From positions 1-57,364 of the forward strand of contig RBZT01000536.1 of NCBI GenBank assembly GCA_003693705.1: a stretch of DNA of 57,364 bases, written 5' to 3'. This document shows, in pieces, positions 47,721 to 57,364 of this stretch (the first letter of the stretch is position 1; each line of letters opens with the position of its first letter). The position numbers were made by a program, and so were the translations under genes. Origin of the DNA: Polymyxa betae A26-41. Its lineage: Eukaryota > Protista > Endomyxa: Phytomyxea. Below the pieces are notes generated by a model. That model saw nothing but the letters and a program-made list of their open reading frames with translations. It did no database searches and was not told where the DNA came from.

Positions 47721-48194
47721 TTACAACAGGAGCGGATCAATGTCATTGGGCAGACCGGATTTCTGGGCGAATCTGTTCTTAATGGCCTGAGTTTGAGTCC
47801 TGCATAATTCCGCATGCATCGGTATAGTGATTCTAAAGTAGCTCATCAACGACGACGGCTCGATGTTAGATCGATGGAATCCCAGGCGATCTCTCATAAA
47901 ATCATAGAGCTGGGCTGAGATCTGCCTTCGCGCATCCCAATCACCAGCTAGGCGCGGGTCCAGCTCGTCTGTTAAAACATAGATCTCGTTGCTGTGTATA
48001 AATTCTGGCGGCTGCTTCTTCGAGTCGTGAAGGAATTCGTCGATCTTGCGCGATTCGTAGCGTAGACGTTCCAGAATTTTCTTCTCGCTGTCATGGATGT
48101 AACGCTGAATCAAGGCGGGCTTTACAGCGGCATCTGCAGCACGTTCTCGGACACGACTCGACAACACGTAAAAGTAATCGGCTAAGGCCGCCAT
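47721..48194 (-). CDS. Hypothetical protein, tandem paralog of 48303-48884
   Basis: Intact ORF that aligns by eye with its neighbour (LAxYFYxL, PP..I..NE, DPR, LGF, PS.L, AQK). Confidence 0.7.
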   Translation of the reverse strand: MAALADYFYVLSSRVRERAADAAVKPALIQRYIHDSEKKILERLRYESRKIDEFLHDSKKQPPEFIHSNEIYVLTDELDPRLAGDWDARRQISAQLYDFMRDRLGFHRSNIEPSSLMSYFRITIPMHAELCRTQTQAIKNRFAQKSGLPNDIDPLLL

Positions 48195-48302
48195 CGACAC
48201 ACAATGACCAACAAATTAGATGAATTTTGCAATGCGACTGCTTAAACCCTAAACCCTAGTGAAACCCCAGGTGGGCGCAACCTTGTATTGATCAGTTGTC
48301 TA

Positions 48303-48884
48303 TTAGCGGCGAGCGTTGCCGAGTGCATCGAATCCCTTTTGAGCCAGAGTTCGGAATACTTGAGCCGGATCTTCCGAATATTTCGAATCGAGCGGAATGC
48401 GGATCTCATACCAGAGACAAGACGGCATCACTTTGGCATCGCGGAATCCGAGATCGTCCTGTAAGAAATTCTGCAGCTCTTTACGAATGCGAATGCGGGC
48501 CTCGTTATCCTTGTCGATACGCGGGTCGACATTGCTCGAATAAAGAACCACCTCGTTATCCAGGATGCAGCTCGGCGGCAAGATTATCGAGTCATTCACG
48601 AACTTGACGATCTCGTTGTACTTACTGCGAAGGCCATCGACGATCTTGGTGCGATTGCGACGAATGTAATTCTCGATGATATCCTGCGTATCGGACTCAT
48701 CCATCTGGTGACGAACTTGACCTGCAAGAGTGTAGAAGTAATAAGCAAGTTTCGGATCGCGGGCCGTTGAAGCAGGTGCGCGCCACGATTCCTGCACCGG
48801 TTGTGACGAGAACGATACCACTGCATGGCGACAGCGTGCCAGAATGATGGGTGATGATCGCACTAAGCGCTGCAGGCTCATCAT
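48303..48884 (-). CDS. Hypothetical protein with mitochondrial-presequence-like N-terminus
   Basis: 193-aa ORF. MMSLQRLVRSSPIILARCRHAVVSFSS is Arg/Ser-rich and acid-free. Confidence 0.72.
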   Translation of the reverse strand: MMSLQRLVRSSPIILARCRHAVVSFSSQPVQESWRAPASTARDPKLAYYFYTLAGQVRHQMDESDTQDIIENYIRRNRTKIVDGLRSKYNEIVKFVNDSIILPPSCILDNEVVLYSSNVDPRIDKDNEARIRIRKELQNFLQDDLGFRDAKVMPSCLWYEIRIPLDSKYSEDPAQVFRTLAQKGFDALGNARR

Positions 48885-49032
48885 GATTTCAGGAGATAAT
48901 AATGAACAAGAGCGTCCGATTAAGACTCCGATGACCGGCTCTTCGGTCTCTTTTAACGATATTCATGCCACAAAACAAGATGATCAAACAGTATCGAGGA
49001 AACGGCACCAAAATTGTGACGACAATAAATGT

Positions 49033-50435
49033 TTACGAGGATTCCGAAACTGTTCCTGGTTCGGCGACGTTCTTGTCGGATTGGTTTCGTCGAAGGAATT
49101 TCTCGAATTGGGCTTTGACGGCGGCCAGCTCAAGGGTCCTCGCGTCGAGCTCGGTGTTCAGACGCTGGTTCTCTTTAACAATGGCCTTGTTTCTGTGATT
49201 CGCCTACAAAATTATTTAAAAATGACAATCTCAATGAACCAAAATTTCAAGCTAGAAAGGACGTTCTAAGCAAAATGGAAAATAAACAGAAACATTGAAG
49301 AAAGAAAAGGCTGACATTTGAAACATGCTTCTTCAGGTCTTGAAACGCTCTGGCATTGTCCTTCATGGAGGCCTGAACTTGTTCGAATTTCTTAGCATAT
49401 TCCTCGATCTGGACCTGGGCGTGCTGACCCCTCCGAGCTTCTGCCTTCAGCTCAGCCTGTGCCTTCAACAAAGCCTCCTTTAAAATGGCGACCTCCTGGT
49501 CTTTCAACGCCATCTGCTGGGCGTGAAATTCGCGCTGCCTTGCGTCCATGTCCAGAACGGCGCGAATTCGCTCTTGAAGCTCTTCTTGATTTTTACGGGT
49601 CGCTTCCTGTTCTTGATTGGAGGCCTGAATACGTTCTTCGATTTCGACCATCGAGCTTCGAAAGCTGTCACGTAGAGCCTCCTGCTGTTGGCGCTGCGCT
49701 TGAAATTGCTCCTCGTAGTGAGCCTGAGATTGAATTGGAAAATAAAAGGAATTAACGACAGGAAGAAGGCATCGCTTACTCGGATGGTTTTATTCTGATT
49801 TGAGAGCTCCCGAGAAAGTTCTAGGCGAACATCAATCACTTGTTTAACAAAACATAACAAATCATTCCCAATAAATGCCAGTACAATAACCCAAAATATC
49901 GGAGTTGGATTCAGCATAAAGGAAAGCAAATTCCCATGAAAAAAATATCAAGTAAGTTAACGACATTAACGAAGAACGAAAGCAAGAGATAAAGGAGAAA
50001 GCCCACACTACATGAGAAGGCGCTGGAAGGTTGAAAGCAATTGTCCCTAGCAGTGGCCAAATAACAAAGAAGAATAACGACAAAACTTCCAGAGACAAAT
50101 TTATCGTCAAAAAATCGCCAAATTGCAGGAAGGTTGTATGTCTATCGGCTTGGCATAAACTAACCTTGGAGTTTTTGATGTGTTTTCTGCTGATGATCAT
50201 ATTTAGCTTGTGAATCAGCGAGAGCAAGGCGAAGATCGCGAACTTCATCGTCGGCGACGATCTTGGAGCGAATCAGGGCCCGAACTGGCTTGGACACGGG
50301 CTCGCCCAGGTCCTTCACAACATCGGCCATCACACGTCTGAGGCGCTGGTCGGGCGTTTCGCCCCCTTTGGCCGCGATTTGGTCCACGACGTCGCGCAGC
50401 TCAGCGACATCGATATTTCCACCGCTATCCGTCAT
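49033..50435 (-). CDS. Taxilin-like coiled-coil protein, multi-exon
   Basis: KLQ..LSRELSNQNKTI, LRDSFRSSMVEIEERI and QIEEYAKKFEQVQASMKDNARAFQDLKK..KAIVKEN match the taxilin pattern. Confidence 0.65.
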
Positions 50436-50646
50436 CGATAACGATTATGGCAAAGATTTCGATATTAACTCTCAATCCAATCAAACGATATTTGAACATG
50501 GATATTCTTTTTTTAAGAGCCTAATAAAGAAAAGAGAAAAAAGCATTCAGTCTTTCTAAAGGGATGCCAATATTCTGGAAGAAGAAAAAGGAGACAGAGA
50601 AAAGAGAGACATAACAAGAAGAGAGATCATTATAATTTACACAGCG

Positions 50647-51630
50647 CTATATCGTTGTATTGAGATCTCGAAAACTGGTTGGGCCCATTCGCAATGGAAT
50701 CGCTCGAGAACGTACTCCATCAAATATGGAGTTCCTCATAGCTTCGCCACAGCTGGGCATTTTCGTCCTCCAAGATTTTACTGTATCTGCCAATTTATCC
50801 CACAAACGAATCTCAGGGATGCTCATCGGCCGCACATCCAGTTTGTTAATGGCGCCGTCGTAGACGCGCTGGATTAGACCGTAGATCGAATAGAGGTCGG
50901 AATTCGGCCCTGATCGGTGCCTTGCTATCCTGCCAAAGTCTAGCAGCACCAGCGAATTATCGGTGGTGTCGACCATAACTACCGCTGCAATAAACAAACA
51001 GGCGCGAAGGGGTTTTGAAACCCTTGAAAACAGTTGCAAAAGAAGGTTTGAGAATCGCGTGAAACAGAATGATTTGGAAAGTGCGCGTGTAAACATGTAA
51101 AACGTGCGCATGTAACCTGTGAAAAGTGCGAATAAAAACTTGTGAAAAGTGCGCGGATTTAACAGAATTTGAAAAGTTGTAGAAAGAATGCGAAGTGCAG
51201 CAAAATTCATATTTCACATACAGTTGTTCAAATGAGCCAGATCGCCATACTCGTAGTCCACCTCATGAATCTGCTTCATAACCGCCAGCATCTGGAACAC
51301 GATCCACACTAGACTTCCGTAGACGTCATGGCGTCCTTCTACCATCGCCCAGCTCTGCAGGGTCGAGCCCGGTACTAGCTCCATGACCATGTACGTTGAC
51401 AGGCCTTTGGCGAACACGTCCAGTACGACGACCAGACCCGGGAGTTGACCTGGCCGACCTGCCATAGAGTACTGTTTCACGAACTCGATTTCGCGCCTCG
51501 TCTGCCAATCATCGGAATCTGCGATTTTTATGGCCAGATCGGTCTGCGTTGGGTCATCGATACGACGTCCTCGGTAAACGCGTCCTATAGACCCACGTCC
51601 TACAAAAATCTGATGGTAAGTCTTTGGCAT
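50647..51630 (-). CDS. Atypical small protein kinase, 2 exons
   Basis: GRGSIGRVY, LAIK, alphaC Glu (RREI), MVMELVPG, YGDL..NN, DFG and SDLYS. Intron from 51221 to 50979 or 50985. Confidence 0.8.
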
Positions 51631-54600
51631 TTGATTTCAAAGAGCATAACAGTAAATGAATGAATAAGTCAGATCAACTTGTATGAAGTCACTGTTATAT
51701 GGGCAATTTACCGATCTGTTCGTAAATCTGGTACTGCGCTTGAGCTGATTCTACATGATGGCTTAAGCAGGCTATAATCAATATTGTGACTAAAGTTAAC
51801 AACATAGTTCAGGGAGATTTGTACAAGAGGGAGGCGATATCTTCAACAACAGTTGCTCATTTGAAGTTCAGGGTTGCGCCCAGCTTCTTGCTCTGGCCTC
51901 TGAATGCCATCGTTCTCTTCAAATGCATCGGAACATCGCTTTCGTTCTTGAACCACGCACGCCACTAAATTATCGATGTCAGGGCTATCTTTCGATATTC
52001 AGATATGGTCAGTTCTGCCGGTCGGTATAGGCGATCCCAATACCGTCTAAATACGTCATTCCGCCGAGATATTTGTTGGCTGTTTCAAAAGCAATTCGTG
52101 GTGAATTGTTATTAGCAGCTTAAAAAACACATGTGCGAAATCATTCTTGCTCAGAAAGGTTTTGATCTACAAATCAACTGTGTAGCGCTACGATAGGTTA
52201 CTGGTTAGATGGACTCGGGAATGACCCTGAATTCACTGGGATATGTTTAATGCCCAGTACCTACATGCTGTGTCAACATTGACACCAATCTCTCCTGCAT
52301 TATACAGCTGTTTAGTGCTGACTAGCAAATCCCTGTCTGTCATTAAACGGGCATTCGAAATGTGTCTTTACGCTGCCAGATTGATGACACTGAAAAGATA
52401 TTTGACACCGAAAGAAACTTTGAATATTCCGAGATGAACATGATGATGCAGGATGGCGGCACTATTGCTAAGACTAAACCATGTAACTGGATATTACAGG
52501 GGCTCTGCTCACATAGATCTGGTAGAAATGCACAACTGGTGATCGTTGCCAATAAAAGGGTATTGTTGTTAGCGTTTGCAATTTTGGGCTTGGAACATCA
52601 CATTGAACACTGACGTCGAAACATGTAAAATGTTTATAGTACAGCGCCTTGTAGTAGGCGGACACGAGGTGAGAATGACGTCCAGATAGGTCACGGATGC
52701 GAATGATATCGGCGCTCTTTCAGACAACGACATTAAGGAACGAACAAAGCTAGGGGTCAGACTGTAATCATCATGCCAATCCGCGGTATTAAATCGTATG
52801 CCTTCAAAGCAAAACTGAGGCCGGATGTGCAGAAGAGCGTTGGCTGAAATAAGTTTCGGCTTAATCTGGGTGGGAGGTCTCACTAGCAACTTTCCTATAA
52901 CAAACCGATTTTATCCGACAACTCCTTTTCATGAAACGCCTTCCACATTTGAAACCTTCCACAAGAATCTCTACGGGATATAACTTTGTGGTTTCATTGA
53001 GCAGCTTGGACTAAGGGAAAGTATCGCTAGAAGCGGTCGCAGACAGGAACATGGGCTGGATCTTTTGTTATCAAAAAACAATCGTAGCGCAGTCATTCAC
53101 CAATCTTGGTTTTCAAGAGTGCTGCGGATAGAGTGCCAACAACCTTCCTACAACCGCTTGAAACTTATTAGAAAGGATACGATCGAGTCTATTAAAACAC
53201 AAATCACAAAATCATGTCGTTCTCTCCCAGGGTGCAGGTCGAACAATCTGTGCCTCTCGCTATCATCGCCAAGGTCAGGTGGCTCGCAATAAGGAAACTC
53301 AAATTCGTTCTTCCGCCTCAATTGATGATCAGGCTAACCGCTAACTTGAAATTATGCAGAGTGGAAACGTACTTCAAGCATACCTAATAATCGATTAGTG
53401 TTGGTGGAATCTCAACGATCTTGGACTTTGTAATGAAAAGCCGAATGAGACGTCACAGCACGTAATCACAATTATCTACAACCCAAACGCCCATGCTGTT
53501 AACTACTCTCAAGCTTTAGTGATATTTTCGCGTTCTCTATACATGAAACCGGGACCAATCGTCTAAGTTCTATTTTGTGACTATTTGCTGAGATCACAGT
53601 AAACGTTCTCCTGCGAATAATTTCATTTCACATAAATCATGGAAGACATATGGTGAGGATTGTATAGTCACTACCATGGGATATAAACTCGTGGCTTTCC
53701 TGCTGACTATTTTATCGACGAATTCGTTCATGATGGCAATGAGTTTGCTGGATTGATAATTAACTAATTCTGATATCTTCCTAAGAACTGCCAAAAGCGT
53801 CGTTCACGACAGCGTGGCTTCAATACAATGGGATTTCTTGATAGACATTTCGCCTTCATTTGTCCACGTTTTTTCGTTCGCGTAAGACCTTAAGCAAATG
53901 CATAAAAGCTTTCATAGACTTTCCTAGGATTTTTACAAGCTGGCTGTTATGGGAATGTGAAGATCAGGCTTCGCGTTGGCTATATTCTCATCTCATCTGC
54001 CTGAATATTGGTGGTGATATCGGATTCACAGGTGACTATTAATGTGAGCACTCTTCGATCTCAATCTGATCACTTCAAAAGAATCGAGCGACGTCGGGCT
54101 AAACAAGATTTTGTTTCGGATGGCCGTCGAGGTAATCAAGCGGAGACTGAGTAGAAGGTAGTCGCGTCCAGCTTTTGCTAAAAGAAGACCAAAAGTATAA
54201 AAAAGGTCTTCAAGTTTGCAGCGGAATCCATCACTATGAAGGCATTTTGTCATTCGAGCCAAAAACATTGCTAAATTTTTGAATAGAATTGTTAAGACGA
54301 GGTCGTATGTAAAACTTATTATACACCACATCATGAGGAAAGACGGGAGACCGCTTAGCACTTTGATTAACTCTTATATGATTTGTCAAATCTAGCTCCG
54401 AACGAATTCAAACTGTTTTGGCAGATGAGATGCTGAAAGGAAGCCTTACTCTAGGGAAGGCAATCGGTCAAGCGCACGAAGTACAGCTATTGGGTGTTTA
54501 GTCAGATGACAATAGAGGTCACACCAATGTAAATGCCGCGCATTTTATTTTGCACTTTCTTTTCTATTTTTTTACTCCGTACCATTTGGACCAGGCGCAC

Positions 54601-55559
54601 GAGCACCAATTTCTTCCAAGACTTTCAGATTTATTTCACAAAGTTATCAGAGTTTCTCAGCTTCGGCTCTGCGCTCTCATTTGGTACCCATTTAGGCGAT
54701 CGCTTGCTTCAGCCCCATTCTGCTTTCACTTAATCCTACGACAGCAGCACGGTTGGGTACAATGATTCTGGTACTTTAAAGTCTAGCCAATCAGATCGCA
54801 GGATTGGAAGATTTCGATTCTGCGCTCGAATAAAAACATTCCCCGAGAATCATACATTCAAACTTCACAAAAACTGCGTCGCTGCTTTACCTGATTTTTA
54901 CACCATTACGATTTCCAAATTTTATGGTACCGGTATCCAGATACTTTCCGTTATAGCGTGGCACCGTAATGATCAATTTCCAAATCGAGACGCCAAAATG
55001 TTGTAATGGATGAGATCTTTATTTTGGTTTTCTGCTGACAAAACATCCGGTTTGGTGTGTCCACCCATAAACTTTAGCAGAAGGTCCCTATCAAAATTGG
55101 AGAGTTAAGATGTCCGCCACGGTACAACTGGTTAATTTCGCGATTCAGGCAATTGCGGGTGGGATGGTCCGGAGCGGAGCCATGCGTCATCTTTGGAAAG
55201 TAGAAAAACTCCTAAATCATTTTTTCTAAACAAACTTGGTCGTCAATGTCCAGATCAGACTACCTGGTGGGTGATTCAGCTGGCGACCTAGACGCTGACA
55301 AAAGGGCGATGGCGACGCGAGCCTTTACTTCGCCATTGATAGAAGCGATTATAATTCTCTATAATAGTCGTTTCTGCAGTTCTTTTAGCGTTACCTCAAA
55401 TTTTTTAAAAAACTTTTACCCGAGGCGAACTCCTGCTTACATCAATAACATGTAAGGAAAAACAGTCGTTGAACACGTTATATTGTGCAGTTACGTTCAC
55501 AACAAACGAAAAGTTGATTGCACATAGATAATGAGAGATCTGTATGAATATACAGAAGA

Positions 55560-56152
55560 TCAAAATGTTGCAGAATCAAACAGGAGTGAAATCCAGTCAA
55601 AAGTGTCCTCAACCTGAACTTCTTCATTGGACTGAATCACGTCAGGCTCTGTAACAACATCCGGAAAAGCGGTCTGTTCATCATCAGCATCATCGGAATC
55701 CATCGCGGCACGAACTTGGTCAAAAAACTCCTCCATTGTGTCATATTCGCTGAAAATACGGATAACACTATAGATGGGCAAGTCCTCCATAGACTCGTGG
55801 AACCATTCAGAAATCTGCTCTGCTATTGGATTATCTTGAAGAATCCGAATTACATTTGAGACTCCGTTCACGGCATCATGCGGCAATCCATCATCCGAGC
55901 CCGAGCTAATCGAGTCACCATCATCATCCTGCTCGGGACCAGCATGACCACCCAATGCGCCGTCCGCATAGGCATTCACGTCGTCAGAGAACGACGGCGG
56001 CTCTGTTACAGGATATCAGTGGAAACCCGTGGCGGTAGACGGAAGGGGCCAGTATCACCTATAGGCTGGGTGTTGGGATGGGAGGCATCGCTGCTGGCAA
56101 GAAGTAGGAGCGACAGGAGCGCGAGAGCCAGCACGACGTTGGACGACGGCAT
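55560..56152 (-). CDS. Small secreted acidic protein (~178 aa), 2 exons
   Basis: Signal peptide MPSSNVVLALALLSLLLLASSDA. GT-AG intron 56058-56003 joins it in frame to the D/E-rich ORF 55560-55979. Confidence 0.75.
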
Positions 56153-56933
56153 TCTGATTGTTTTCAGAGAAGCAGGGATAGTGACCGGAATGACCAAACA
56201 GAATTGCCGGAAAGTCCGTCACGGACTTCCATTCAAGTGATCGCATCATCGCAAGCTTTTCTATAGGAAACGGGTGACCTACGGACTGTTTGTGCGAGCG
56301 TACATTCTCTCTCCATCTCGGGAATGTCTCCTATGATCTTTTGTCCGCCTTATCAATCTGTCTCGGGTTCTGCAGATCAAGGATCTGCCATGTCAAAACA
56401 ACGACCAGTCCGAGCTCACGGGACAGCACGACCGCAACCGTTACCCATCACGACCAGGTATATATTACGACCCAAGACCAGGGCCCCAACGCACCCCATC
56501 ACACCAATCGACCTCATCCACCCAATCATCCCAGTAAGCCCCATCACCCCACCCACCCCGACATTTCACTATCTAAGCTTTACAGAGATCAGCCCATCAT
56601 GCTCTGAGACCAGTGTACATAACAACCCCATTGAATGCGTGGCCATATTTGCAAATCTTTATTCTTCTGGCTGCAACAGCCTATACATCTCCTGCTACAA
56701 TCCGTCTATCATTGACACGATTTCTGGATTCTGAACTAGTTCAGTCTGACATATGTTGCACCTGATTTGTAAACTACCCTCGGAACCGCCAAATCGCGGC
56801 ATCTTGCTCGTATTGGCTCTGGTATATTGAACAACTAATAACATGTACCAATCACGCAGAACGAGAACTATTTTACATATCAAATTTTTGATATTATTTT
56901 AATCATTATGCTATGCAGGACATTATCCTGCCA

Positions 56934-57364
56934 TTAAACGAGGGATGCTGTTTAGCAGGATTGACGTTCACATTGCTTATGTTGACGATGCTTGCGCTTA
57001 CGTTCCTTCTCTTGTTTCTTAGACTTCTGGCAGAACAATGACCCCCAACACGATTTCTAAACATCAAACCAACATATTCAGCACCGGAACACAAGTTCCC
57101 AACACCAGCGTTACCTTGGCCTTGGGTTTGTACGATCTCGAACTGTAGGTCTCATAGACATTCGCCCGTTTATACGACATTTCTGGTGCATCGCCTTTGT
57201 ACACCTGGGCATACTGGGGCTGGCAGTCATTGGCATTCGCCTTATTGTAAGACGATTCCGGAGCATCGTTGTTGTACTGCTGGGCATACGAGGGCGGGAC
57301 ATAGACCTGTGGTACTGGTGTCGCATAGAACTCGACTTCTTTGTATTTGGTGCTCATGGGTTCG
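56934..57364 (-). CDS. Tyr/Pro-rich protein, probably 5'-truncated by the window edge
   Basis: ORF with an internal repeat YAQQYNNDAPESSYNKAN / YAQVYKGDAPEMSYKRAN. Two putative downstream introns give KSCWGSLFCQKSKKQEKE then PSLV*. Confidence 0.55.

Noticed and set aside
56324-56734. Pro/His-rich ORFs
   Set aside because: They arise from a C/A-rich low-complexity tract, with no support for coding.

Overview
Eukaryotic, gene-dense window with many short (~45-60 nt) GT-AG introns. Flagellar (BBS4) plus chitin-wall genes point to a zoosporic, chitin-walled protist. A plasmodiophorid (Spongospora/Polymyxa-like) is my best guess, and a chytrid is not excluded. The left 5 kb is a DNA-transposon cluster: a ~1 kb TIR element, a complete but frameshifted hAT element with perfect 21-bp TIRs and an 8-bp TSD, and a foldback MITE. 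The main find is a 12-exon gene (7586->5062, minus strand). Spliced by hand at canonical sites, it encodes one 659-aa frame fusing a complete ammonium transporter (Amt/Mep) to a C-terminal RGS (G-alpha GAP) domain, a candidate ammonium transceptor wired into heterotrimeric G-protein signalling. Next come two paralogous secreted genes with atypical hevein/CBM18-like domains (one apparently GPI-anchored), a Pro/Tyr-rich extensin-like protein, an LRR protein, BBS4, a UBL-UBA protein, chitin synthase, a KOW protein, NOP9, a bacterial-type isochorismatase-family hydrolase, SEY1, a MidA-like methyltransferase-TPR gene, a decayed region, MRPL12, SAP30BP, TAF1, a tandem paralog pair, a taxilin-like gene, an atypical kinase and a secreted acidic protein. 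All gene models were spliced manually and no database searches were run.
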